Shown here: piece by piece, positions 36,256-48,700 of the stretch | How the letters are laid out: each line of letters opens with the position of its first letter | Numbering within the stretch: position 1 is the first letter of the stretch | Assembly (NCBI RefSeq): GCF_036321535.1 | Contig: NC_087436.1 | Location: forward strand, 115,942,001 to 116,006,000 | DNA from: Camelus dromedarius | Taxonomy: Eukaryota | DNA: 64,000 nucleotides | Direction of reading: 5' to 3' | The notes under the pieces: model-generated | Told to the model about the DNA's origin: nothing | Database searches by the model: none | The model's input: only the letters and a program-made list of their open reading frames with translations | Translations under genes and position numbers: made by a program

Positions 36256-37533
36256 AAAAAAAAAAAAAGAAAGAAAGAAAGAAAGAAAACTAGTCTTTAC
36301 CTCTCTGAACCTGTGGCCACAAGGTTAAGTACAACGAAACTCACTGCACATGTTTTATGAGGATTCTAGGATTTATGCATGCATGCTGCAGAAGTTTACT
36401 CAATACCAGTTACTGAAATTATACTCATCAGGTTCCTTCTCTTCTTCCTCAAGTCTCACAATTGCCCTGAAGTTTTCTCGACTTTTTTTAGCTGTTTTGA
36501 GCCCTATCTTTTATCTCCATCTTTCTGTAGGGCCAGGAGTTTATGCCACATGGCTTCGTCCAAATTAAATAGCATCTTAAGCTGTTCTTTCTGATTTCAA
36601 GGCGGTTGATCTTGTTTTCCCAGTGGGTCCTTGAGTTTTCTATTCATTGGCGGAAGTAACAAGGATCTCTCACATTGTTTTTCTGTTTCATCATCCAGTG
36701 ATCCTGAAAATGTATTTTTATCTCCATTGTCTAAGACAATGCCCTGTCTCCAGGCATTCCCATCAGGAATTTGAAGTTCAGAGTCTTCGTGGAAGAGGCA
36801 AACACTTGAAACTCTGTGACTTTCTGACCCCGGGCCAGATACGCTCTTGAGAACCCGCCCCACCTCTCCTGAACACAAACGTGAGGCAGATCCTGTTTCT
36901 CTAAACCACTGGTGCACTTCCCCTCACCCCAGCCCCGCTCTCCGCACATGCACCCGGCCAACAGCACGTTCCCGTGGACTGAATAACCAATGTGATATGG
37001 AAAACACTCTGAACACGGAAGGCTTTTTCCGCCTCTTCCTTGATTCTTGGCACCCGCATTTTCCCAATTCCTTTCTGGACGGACATGAATCCAAGCAGGC
37101 GGGCATCAGTCCTTTTACCCCGGGGCCACCTGGGGCTTGCCTGAATGGCCCAGACCCGCTGGCTTGAGAGTCAGGAAATTACAGGCCGCAGGGTCAACTG
37201 GTCCTTCTTAGAAAAATAGCTGACGTTGTTCTGACCACAAGGAATGATATCTGCATTTATCCTAAGGCTGTTCAAGGAAACAATAGCAGGGCTGATCACC
37301 CCCTCCCTCAACTGCCCTGGGCAGATGTGGCTTCACACAGCCCAGGCCACCAACTCAAGCTTTTCAGTGGATATAAGAAGTGTTTAATAAGGGAATCACT
37401 GGGTTCTCTGTGTGGTTTTCCTTTCCCCAAAATTCTCGGGTTAATATACATTGCGTACGGACAGAAACAGAGATTTGAGAGTTGGAAAGATTTGGGTTTG
37501 AACCCTTGCTCTGCCACTTCATAGATGTAAGAC

Positions 37534-38001
37534 TATTGACTGAAAAAATATGCAACCTAAAAGTTGAGAGTTAGGTTTTATCCGGTGCACTTTCTGAGGA
37601 CTCAAGCTCTAAGGGACTGAACGAAGCAGCAAGGGAGGAGGCGGGATACATAGGAATTTTTGCAACAAAGACCAGGCAGTAAGAACATCAAAAGATTACT
37701 GTCAATTAAAGAAAACCAGATATCTCAAGTTCAGGGATCTAGCACTTTTCTATGTATGGGAAGGTGCAAAATCTGGACTCATTAAAATCATTCCTTTGAT
37801 GTGCACCTAGCGGCCTGAGCCAGTCTCCTGCTCTTGATCACCCTGAGTTCCCTCAGGGGCACGGTTGGGGGTGGCTGCAGAAGCCCGGCTGCCTGCTTGT
37901 CTCCATCCTGAGCTCACTGTCGGGGTGGCGGTAGTGGCTGATGACTTGATGGCCACAGCATCCTTTGTTTCCGATATGGCTGGCAGAAGTTTTCATTCAC
38001 A
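37534..38001 (-). mobile_element. ERV1 solo LTR (MER41-like, cetartiodactyl type) inserted into a MIR, 4-bp TSD AGAC
   Basis: AGAC at 37530-37533 and 38002-38005; 'aacctaaaagttgagag…gaacatcaaaagattactgtcaattaaagaaaaccagatatctcaagtt…gcacttttctatgtatgggaag'; flanks rejoin into a MIR core; family name from memory. Confidence 0.8.
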
Positions 38002-39429
38002 AGACTATGGGTAAGTGTCTTAAACGTTCTTGCGTTTTCTGTAATCATGGTGTACTCCAGAAGATGCATTGCCTGGGCTTTAGCCCCTACCCAGGAACTG
38101 TGATTCTGAGAAGCATATTTCTATTGCTCACCTTGAAGATGCTCTAGGGTCTTCCCAGGACTCTGATGGAGGGAAACCCACCACTGACAAAAGGCCTACA
38201 GGTCTAAGACACACATGGCCACCTGTATGCCAGCCTTGGCAAGCTGAGGCTTGTTGCCTCAGGCACAAGCCCTCCTGACACATGGAACCAGCATGCTGTG
38301 TTCTCAGTGAGCCACCAGCTAAGTCATCTTGAGATATCTGGAGAATGTGTCAGTCACACTTCATCTACAGTTGAGGTCACCTCCATGTCATCGAAACACA
38401 TCCCTGAAATGAAAAGGGTATGGAATAAGCTGAAGATAACGACCAGGACATGAGGGGGCGATAAGTCCAGACACAGAAGAGACAGACCTTGGGCCATCGA
38501 AACTCCAGGAGAGCAGCTTGGCAAATTATAGTTGAAAGCCAAGGCTGGGCTCTGGCCTGTCCCTTGGGCAGCTCCCTTCTCTGTATGTCTCAATTTCATT
38601 AGCTTGAATAAATAAACACTGTTTGCCTCACCAGATGGTTGTTATGAAAGGGCTTAGGATGTTTTCCTCTAATCATTAAATTTCATTTAGATCTTTCTAC
38701 TCTGGACATGTCATAGGCTGCCTATGAATAGATGCAGAATTACTGGCCAAGGCATGAACTGGATTGATAATAAGATAGCTTAGTCTCAGTTTCCTCATCT
38801 CTGAACTGGTAATAAAACCCCGATATTTACAGTAAGTATTAAAAAGAAGTTGTTTGTAGAAAAGTGCTTTGTAAGCTATCAGGGATATATGAGTATTAGT
38901 GTTTTCTATTATTTTTGTTTTTCTTTGTTCTTGTCTTCTGTCCTAAGACCTAGAGATGAGGACAGACACAATGGATCAAAGTAGGCGGTGGCTCCAGCTT
39001 TCAGAAGAAGCAGTCAGAGGAAGCCTGGTTGGGCAGGCGGATAGAGATAATTAGATTAGCATTAGGTGCCTGGAGCAAGTCTCAACAAGTGGGTCTAATA
39101 CTGGGCCTCAGGCAACTTCCCAAGAGAGCAGGGGATGTAGAGCTGGTTTGGCAGCCGGATCTCGAGAGTCAGAGACCCAGCTTCTGTTACGTCAGCACAG
39201 TTCAGGAGTCTTGTAATTAAGAAAAAAAAAACAACTTGATACACTGTCATAATTGGTTTAATTTCTTCATTTTGGAATATTTATTAATTATCCAATGTGT
39301 GTCAGGCAGCGTGCTTGGGATCTGCCATATAGGGGTGGGCAGGACCCTTTCCTTGATGGAACTAGTATAGAAAATGTGAAGAAAATAGACTTAAAACAAA
39401 AGAAAACAACAAAGATGTGAGATGAATAT

Positions 39430-39859
39430 TGTGGGCATTTACGGTTGCTCAGTATTTCTTTCCTGTAATGTTTACCATTCCATGAAGTTTGGGTGGGTCT
39501 GCTCTGCCCCCCTGCTCACACAGGAAGAGGAAGAACCAGAACATGGTTGGCTTATGCATTCATATATTGCTTTTCTTCTGAATCTATTGAGACAGTAAGT
39601 TGTCTCTAGGACAATAAGTTGCAGAGACCCAGGACTTCCAGTTGCCCTCTTTCCTTCCACCCAGAGAGAGAGCCTGTCTGATTAGGGAGCCAATGAACAG
39701 AGAGAAGTGTTGCCAGAGAGAGAGAAAGGAAGAATCTTATACTATAATTTGAGCCCCTGGATCCAGCAATGCCTGAAGCCAGAGAACCCCAGAACTTTTC
39801 TACTAAACCAGTTGGAATTGGATTTCCATCTTTTACATCAAAAAGAGATCTGACTGATA
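39430..39859 (+). mobile_element. Old MaLR LTR (MLT1J/K-like)
   Basis: 'tttgagcccctggatccagcaatgcctgaagccag…aaaccagttggaattggatttcc…aaagagatctgactgata'. Confidence 0.75.
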
Positions 39860-40064
39860 GGGTTATAATAGTGCAAATGCAAGGTTCTCTGGGAACAAAG
39901 AAATCCTGGGGGTCAGAGAAGGTGCCAGGGACAGAAAGCTTGAGAGGAGGGCTAGTTTCCCAGGAGAGAAAATGAGAGAAAGGTGAATACCCAGATCTGA
40001 GGTAGGCATGGGGAGTTTAAAGACCTTCACAATTTTCATTACAGCTAGAGAAAAGTGCACATGC

Positions 40065-40112
40065 TGTGTGTGTATGTGTATGTGCCCGTGTGTGCGTGTG
40101 TGTGTGTGTGTG
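40065..40112 (+). repeat. Imperfect (TG)n microsatellite
   Basis: Visible. Confidence 0.9.
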
Positions 40113-40899
40113 CCCACTGAGGGGAGGGAGAGATGAAGCCAGGGATGATACTTGAGAATCGACTTCCACCACTGTCACTTCATGGCCCTGAACATGTCAC
40201 AGTGTCTTTCATCTGTGAATCAAAACACTCACACCCACTTCATAAGGATGATGCGAGGTCAAGGTAAGATTACTAAAGTAATACGTGTGAAAGCACCTGT
40301 CCGCTTAGGGGGCAGGTTAAACAAAGACTGCAGCCGTCCATGCCACCTTCGGAAACTTGCTGCCGAATTCTCAACCAATGGAACACATTTGCCCCTGAAT
40401 GTGGGCACCAGCTCTCTGAGCTGATCCTGCTCACTGGGAGAGACCCTGGGAAGGACCTCCAGTCCCGACAGCAGGGACAGAGAGCACCTGAGCTGAGCAC
40501 CTGGTGCAGGCCAGGCGGCAGGCAACCTGGGCTGCAGACCAACCGCTCAGCATCAGCAGGATGGGTGTGTCAGCCTCTCAGCTGCTTGAGGTGCGCAGAC
40601 AGAGCCCGTAATGCCGGGCTGGCCACGGAAGGCTCCAAAGGGCTTTCCTGTATCAACAGTATGGGGTGGAAGAAGTAACACAGCATACCATCCCCATTCC
40701 CTTTGACCGGGTGGTGTCACCCCTCTCTGGAGGAGGACAGTCTCTCCGACATCTCAGACAATGCTGATCAAAGTCCTTAGCGAAAGGCCTGATGTACTCT
40801 AAGCAAGGAATAAAGGTGAATTATTATCATTATACAATGCTTATATGAAAGAACAGCTTAGATATTTCACTGGCAACATGCAACGTGCCAAAAAATTAG

Positions 40900-42240
40900 A
40901 GATCAACTAATATTTATTGAGTATCTAACATATGCCAGGTCCATTTTTAGGCACTGGCAAAAGAACCCTGCACACGATTATGTAAAATCCCATATAAAGA
41001 ATACACAATCCAACAAAAGCAAGGTCCCTATTCTTACAGACCTTACCTCCTACTAGGAGACACAGACGACAGAAAGTAAGTAAGTAAATAAATAAATATA
41101 CCATATAATTTCAGATGGATGTTAAGTGCTAGGAAGAAAAATAAACTAGAGTGACAGGAGGTCACACCGGAGGAAGTTGTTTTAGAAATGGCTGTCAGAA
41201 GAGGTCTCTAAAGATGTGAAATCTTTGAATGAGGCAAGGGCACGAGCTCTGTGGAGGTCAGCATGATTAGAATTCAAGAACCAAGAGAAACTGCCAAGTT
41301 CCTTAGGCTGGGATAAATCTTGACAGGCTGGAGGGAATTGAGTGACCTGAGTGTTAGAAAAAGAGGTGAGGAAATGCTCAAATTTGCTTTGAATTTTAAC
41401 TTTTAAGCCAACAAAATTTGCAAATGGATTGATAGTAAGAAGTGTGGAAAAGAGAAGAGAAATTGAGGGGATGATGCTGGTGTTTACCAAGATGAAGATT
41501 AGAGGAAGAGAAATTTTGGAATGTAGGAATCAAGAGTTTTATTTAAGGTATGCATTTATTTTGTGCAAGGTAAGGTTGACAAGCCGACTGGAGGTCAAGG
41601 GGGGATGTTGAACCTGAGGTCCAAGGAAGAGGTCAGTATTCAAGTCATTGGCACACAGAAGGTCTATAAAGCTGTAGGCTTGGATAAGCTCTCCCAGGGA
41701 GAAAATCTAGATAGAAAGGAGGACTGGCCATGCAAAGGGGACAGAAAAGTGGCCCCTGGAAGAGGGGGAGAAGCAAGAGAATACAGGATCCTGATGGCCA
41801 AGTGAAGAATATTTTAAAGAAAGTCTGGCTGAGTGGCTGACTCCAAAGAGAGCTGGTTACAAACTGACCTTTGGATCTGGCAGGAAGGAGATTGTTAATG
41901 ACCTTTGCAAGAGCGGCTTCAGACAACAGTGTTGGAAAGATAAGAAGGGACCAGGAAGCGAGAAAATGAATTCAACCAATAAATATGTTGAAGACCTTTG
42001 CTATAAGACAAAGCAGAAAAGCAGGGCAGTGGTTGAAGGTTATGAGGCAGAGATTGTTTAGGGACTACTTGACTTCTCGAGATGGGAGATATTGAATATA
42101 TTGATATTTCATTAAACAAAAACAAATCATAATGAAGGAGACAAATTCAGTGGGAGGGATGCGGGTAAGCCCTGGACTAGCAAGAGCAGGTGGATCCCAG
42201 GGCACAGGTCGTAAGCCTGGCCTGTGATAGGGTCAGGGAC
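40900..42240 (-). mobile_element. Long L2 fragment
   Basis: 'aatatttattgagtatctaacatatgccagg' reverse tail; body 'aaactgacctttggatctggc…aatgacctttgcaagagcggcttcag'. Confidence 0.8.
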
Positions 42241-43196
42241 AGCTCAGGTCCTGAGGCGGGCACGGGGTATGGCTGCTTGGATGGCTTCATGTGAATCAAA
42301 TCTTACACCAGTGCCCGGGTCTGAGTGGGCACCTGTATCATCAATTTCCTCCCATCGTCCAGGTGTAAGTCGAACGTTCTGAATTCTCTCATTCTGTCCA
42401 CAGAACCCACAGCAAAGAGCTAGAATTAGAAACTGTTCTGTAACCAAGAACTTGTACTTGGAAAGTCATCGACCTTGCTTTGCTCTACAAAAGAGTTTTT
42501 TATGAGTTCTTTCTCTATTCCGACCATACTTAATTTTAGCTAGTGAGTTTCCTGGTTGGCTTGTTCACTCATTAAAAAAATGGGAGTTTGTAAATCCTGC
42601 TTTCCATCTGAGGTCTATCAAAGAGCTGATGAGAAACACCATGCAATGATGGGCTGGAAGTAAGTAAGGAGTTCTAACCAACCCCTCCACCCTGAGTAAA
42701 GAGATGAACAAGGAAAGAAGCATAGAAAAACAGTTTTTATGAATATTTTCTTGAAACTCAGGTCTTATAAAGTTCACTTGGTAATCACTAAGTATATTTT
42801 ACTGCAAACACCTGCTTTAGAGAGAAAGGCCAGGGTCTGGATACAACCTGTAGTAAATGACTTAACCTCTAAGAGATTCCATCTCTCTGTGGGTGAAGGC
42901 TATTAACCAGCATCCCTCAGGAAGAGGCTGTGAGAGATTTAACACGTCCGTAAGTAGAAGTCTGGGCTCACAGCAGGTGCTCAATTAACATCTCTTTCCT
43001 TTGAATTAACCTTTTGATTTATGAGTTAATTAAATGTATCGGCCCATTGCTAAACAGGACAATAAACTCACCTTCAGTAGATACTTACTCAGTTTCAGGC
43101 AGTTTGAACACTGTGTGCAATACAGGAATCACAAAATTGTTCCTTGTCTCCAAGACAGATACCTACATGTACATTATATAAGGTATATCATATTCA

Positions 43197-43431
43197 CAGT
43201 TGACCCTTGAATAGCATTGGTTTGAACTGCATGGGTCCACTTATATGTGGATTTTTTTTTCAGTAGATATTGTATTGACTTTCTGCATGATCGGTTGGTT
43301 GAATTTGTGGATATGGAGAGACAGACACAGAACAGTGGATCTGGAGGGCTGACTACAAAGTTAAGTGATGATTTCTCACTGTGTAGGGTTGTTGGCACCC
43401 CTAACCCACTGCATTGTACAAAAGTCAACTG
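43197..43431. mobile_element. Tigger2/MER8-type MITE, opposite orientation to 1873-2091
   Basis: CAGTTGACCCTTGAA…GTTTGAACTGCATGGGTCCACTTATATGTGGATTTT and …AGTCAACTG followed by TA. Confidence 0.88.
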
Positions 43432-43432
43432 T

Positions 43433-43463
43433 ACACAAACACACACACACATACACACACACA
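43433..43463 (+). repeat. Imperfect (CA)n microsatellite
   Basis: Visible. Confidence 0.9.
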
Positions 43464-43952
43464 CGCATATAACTAAGTACTAGAACAGTCAATGTCATCA
43501 CCAATAGCATTGACCCAAATGGCAGATGGTTGGGATTTTGAAAATTGCAGCAGTAGGCTAAAGGAGACTGCATTAATTCTGCAACCAATTAACTTGCGTG
43601 GAGAGGGAGTGTCTTCTGTGTGAAATGTGCCTATTAAGGTGCTACAATGACAAGTATATGATGCAGTCACTCTCCTTGTGCAGAAACAGTAACATAACTA
43701 AAACTTCCAACCACACATACACAGATGAAGTCATTTAACACTCTTTTAGGCACTGGGCTACAGCAGTGGATAAGAGAAGAAAGACCATTTCCTTATGGAT
43801 CTCACATGTTGATGGGAAAGATGAATAATATAAACAACTAAATACGTACACTTCATATGCTTAAATGTGTACCATAAAACAGCAAAAATAACAGAAATGA
43901 GGTTTCAGACAAACTTTGTGTAACTCCAATATCCACGGGCTTTGCATTATAC

Positions 43953-44175
43953 CAGTGGTTCGGAAGCTATTGTCTACTAGACATATCCATCCCAGGTCTT
44001 GTTTCTGTAAATAAAGTTTATTGGAACACAGTCACACCTGTCTATTTGCATGTGATCTCTGGTTGCTTTCCAGCTACAGCAGCACAGTTGAATAGATGTG
44101 AGAGAGACCATAAGATCCACAAAGCCAAAAGTCTCTACTGTGTGTCCCTTTACAGAAAAAGGTTTCTGACCTCTG
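43953..44175. mobile_element. MER58A-like hAT-Charlie MITE
   Basis: 'tgtttctgtaaataaagtttattggaacacagtcaca…cagttgaatagatgtgagagagacc…ccctttacagaaaaaggtttctgacctctg'. Confidence 0.85.
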
Positions 44176-44224
44176 TGTTATGCTATCCTGGGCACAGTAA
44201 AAATACTTTATTACCAGCCACAGC

Positions 44225-44764
44225 ATGAAGTCCGTTTTGGCTGTAAGCTACAGAAAGCCAGCTGAAAAATGGGGAAAGTTATATGCTCTCACAAAGCAAC
44301 AAGTTGGCAGTGTGGGAGCCCCAGGTTCAATAAAGTTAGCAGTCAAGTGTCATCACCAGGAGTATAGATTCCTTTTTTCCTTCTCTTCAGTGTGGCTTGT
44401 CCTCCTTGTCCCAGGATGGCTGTTCCAGTACCAGACGTCACATGGAATGACAATGCCTCAATGAGGAAACACAAGCATCCAGGTCTCATGTCCCATTTTA
44501 AGAAATAGACAAGCTTTGCCAGACCCTCCCAGCACAACTCTTCTTATTGAACCACTGGCCAGAGTCGTGTGACATGTGCTTTTCTAAACCAATCACTTGC
44601 CAGAGAGATGGAATCAACAAGGCCAGGCTGAGTCCAATCCTGATTCACTCCCTGGGGCTGAGGAGGACACACAGAAGACTACCTCCTACCTGACAAAAAT
44701 TGGGACTTTTTTCTGTTAAAATAAAAACAAGGGTAGCAAAAATGCACCAATGATGTCTGCTACA
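44225..44764 (-). mobile_element. Old MaLR LTR (MLT1K/L-like)
   Basis: 'ttggctgtaagctacagaaagcca…cactggccagagtcgtgtgacatg…taaaccaatcactt…tgtctgctaca'. Confidence 0.7.
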
Positions 44765-44824
44765 TTAATTGTAATAACTAATTGCAAGCATTTTTACAAA
44801 ATATTAAAATTGAAAATAAGCACT

Positions 44825-44950
44825 AAAATACAAGCATCATGAAGGCAAGGATTCTTTTTTTTTGCCTTGTTGGCTGCTATAGCACCAGCATTAAAATAGT
44901 GCTTAGTGCATAGTAGGTACTCAATAAATATTTGTTGAATTAAGTATTGA
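44825..44950 (+). mobile_element. L2 3' terminus
   Basis: 'catagtaggtactcaataaatatttgttgaat' near-consensus L2a end. Confidence 0.88.
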
Positions 44951-45439
44951 TTAACCACATGAGTGTATTCTGCAATCTTGGGTAAAGAACCAACAGACAT
45001 CTAAATGGAAGGCCATTAAATGATGGGAAGGCAACAGTGGGCATGTCACAGTCTGGCCTGAGTAATCTCGGCCATCAGTACAAGTGCTAATAAGAAAAGT
45101 GAGCACAGGCAATAAGAAGTTCTAGGGCATAAGACTGATAATCCAACTGTGGAGTCACAGAGCTCACATCCAGTTAAATGCATTAAAGTCAGAAAAACTT
45201 TTCCATACATTTTGTCACTGTGTCCAGAATAACACAGTTGGCCTGGAGGGAGGGTTAATTTATTTTGATGACTTGCTTCTCTTCTCACTGTGGGTACTGA
45301 CAGCAGCCTACGAGAAGAAGTACAGCAGATCCCCAGGCAGAGAAATGGTTGCAAACTAGACCACTTTCAACAAGCACTGATCACGGCCAGCTCTATACAT
45401 GGTTAGTTGGTTGCACAGAATTAAGTCAACATCTTGAGA

Positions 45440-45760
45440 ACTTTTCCTGCATATATTCACCGTGTCAGAGACTGCGATAAAGGAATGGTCAACCCAGGCA
45501 AGGTCCCTGTCTTCAGGAAGCTCACAAGCCAGAATGACGGAAAGGTGCACCAGGGAGGGGTTCCTGGGGAAGGCTGCGTCTCAGCTGAAACCTGCCTAAC
45601 GATTAGGACGGTATCCAAGGTAAGAAGGGCGAGGCAGTGAGTCATACAGAGAAAGCCCAGCACAAGGCTTCAGAGATGACAGCGCCTTGGCACATGCTCC
45701 CAAGACATTCAGAATCTGGATTAGGGGTCAGGAGGCTGAGGTAGGAAGCCCAGCTCTGCG
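45440..45760 (-). mobile_element. L2 fragment
   Basis: 'aggtccctgtcttcaggaagctcaca…ggttcctggggaagg…tcagctgaaacctg'. Confidence 0.6.
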
Positions 45761-48700
45761 TGGGAGACCAAACCACTTCATTCATTCATACATTCATTCA
45801 TTCAATTATAGTCTCTCCAAGGTTGAGATACACTCAAGCAACTTTAATTTCTTGATGCTCTGGATGTATTAAAAAAATGAAATAAACAAATTATCAAAAA
45901 TATTTCTATTTATTATTGACTCTTTTTATAGAAGAAAATACCACTATAATAATTATCCTAAGATTTGGTTTATAAAAATTCTTCACTAGGCCACTACAGC
46001 AGGAGTGGTCAGAAAACAGGACAAAACTTTATATTTCTATGAGAAACTTCTCTTGTCCCCAATTCTGTAAGTTTATACATTACTGGGTGTGTAATTTCAT
46101 TTGGAGGCTATAACAAAGATCTAAATTTATGGACATTGGTTATTATAAGATGCAGGCCTAGTGGTCCTCCTTATAGTAGCCAATCCATTCACTAATTTAA
46201 TAAATATTTACTGTGGGCCAGGAATATTCTAGAGGTTGGTCACAGAGACTGGTAACAAAACAAGTAGGGCATTGCTTTCAGGGTTCTGGCAGCCCCACGG
46301 GGAAGACAAATATTATAGAACTAGAAATGATTTCGTTACACCATAGTATGTTAAGTGTTTTGAAGGAAAAAAAATTTCTTTCTAGGTGTCAGTCTGCATT
46401 TATAAAAAGAGGGTAAGAAAATTATGTCTGTTGGTTGACCCCAATATTGGAAGTTTTCCCAGCTAATCAGTCAGTGTAGATGAACTTGCTCAGAGCAAGT
46501 TAACAGGCAGAGGTAATGATTATCAAAGGCACAGCCAGATTGCTCAGGAAACACACAAAGTGAAGCTAGAAGCATCCATTCAAGTCCTAGGACTATGAAA
46601 TCAGAGTTGGAAAAGATTGGTAGAAACTTCCTCCCTGGACATGGTGTCCAGAGAGTTTTAAAAGCCAGGGGAACTCCGGGGAGCGCACATTGGCATCCTG
46701 TAACTTCAAAGATGAAGAAACTACAGCTCAGAGAAGGTTAACAGACTACCCAGTGGGAAGAGTGAGCCAGTCGTGCTGGAATCCTAAGAATAGCATTTTT
46801 TGGAGTCCAATAAATTCATTGACCTTCCTGAAACACAGGTGAGTTAAGCCAGAAGGGTCATGTCTCCAGACCAAGCAATACCCTGTTGCATGTTAATGTT
46901 TCTTGTTCAAGAAGATGAACAGAAATAGGAACGGACTCAGCCTTGACCTTTAGAGGTCATGAATCTAAACCCCAGAGAGATGGATGGAATTGGTCAATGA
47001 GTAATGTTAGCAATAGGCAAAATGGAAGGGGGTTGAAGTTGTGGAGAAGGCTTGAGGAGGACACTTGTTTCCTAGAGTGGATTTTAAAATTTATGGTCTC
47101 AAAGAAGGCAATTTCCATGGTACCAGTCTCTCCTTTACTGAGCAGAGCGATTGTTTTCTCAGAGGTGTGCTCTTGCCTGGAAAGGGTCAGGACATCTTGT
47201 GTTTCTTTCCCTCTATGACCTCCCTGAACCAGATTTTGAGTCTTGCGCTTCTCAGCCCTGGATCCCTGGGAGAATTTGAGAGAGACAAGACGAATGTGAA
47301 GGAGCAATCCAAACAAGATTTCCCAATGCCCAGGTTGAAGGACAAGCATTTACACTTTCAGAAAAATGAAGGAAAATGAAGACTACTTGAATCCCTTTTA
47401 CCCTCCACTGGTTTAAAAAGAAGATGCGACATTTTCCTTTGATACTGCAGCATATATTTAATAAAGACATCATGCTGCTTGACAGTAAAATGAATCTCAG
47501 AAAGTAGGCTTGTTCGTTAGAATTCTAAGATTCTTTAATTTCTGACATCAATTTTCTTTGCTCTTCAGCTTTTCCAGACATTCCTGGTTAGATATTCATC
47601 CAAACACACATGCTTTGATGGTATACCATCTATTTCTTGTGTCTTTTATTTCCACCATCCTAATTTGCAACAGCAATGAAATCTAGATAAATTCTCTACT
47701 AGAAATTTTCCAAATTCCTTTTGTTGAGAAAAGGCATGATTCTTTTATTACAATTTTCTACAAATCATGGGAGTGTGATCAGTCGTTTGCCCTGGAATAC
47801 ATCTATGCTTTTTTTTTGAAATGAATATGAAATGCTCTTAATAAAACATGAAGATTTTCTTAGCAATTTAAAGTTCCCAAGTTGGATTCCGATCCATTAT
47901 TTCACCACATCACTCAATAGCTTTAAAATCAGCAAATGGTGCACGAATTATTTAGGAGGTATTGGAGGCCCAGAATTTCTGAATTGCTTAAGAAACTGAA
48001 GCCAAGAAGGCCCTACTGAAACTCGATTATTTTCTCAAGGCCATGCATTTAAGTGTGAAGACAGGCAGTCTGTCACTCAGGACTTAGTGACCACATGCTA
48101 TATATTACACTGCAGCTTATTAGGAAGAAATAAGCAAATCAGTAAATAAATAAATGATTAAATACAAATGAATTTGAGAACTACCATCTGAATACCCTCC
48201 TTGATTACAAAGAATGATCGCCTATCTTACTCAATCCAACAAAACTCCAATGAATTGATAGAGAAAAACCCTTCATTTCAAAAGGACAGAATGCAAAATT
48301 TAAAGTTAGTGTAAGCTGAACATTTAATAATGTAGTTAATATTATTTATGTCTTTCTCATTTAGGTTGCAAATGTCCTGATATAAAAGATGGTTTTATTA
48401 ATGAGAGAACCTCTGGATGAATACACTGAATAAATTAGAGGATTATTTAGAATGAGGAAACAGTTTAGTATTTTCAGGCTATTGTAAAGACTGGCTAAAA
48501 TCTTGGACAATGTGCTTTGAGTCTTCACAGAACAATTCTGACACCATGTCAGATAAAAGCAGAAATTCTTGGTCTCCGGAAAGACCTGAAGTTAAATCCC
48601 AAGTAAGCAAATCGTTAAATGTCTGTGTAAGTTTCTTCACATCAATTAGTACCAACCTGATTTATTTTTGAAATGAAGATAACAATACCTCCATCATGGG

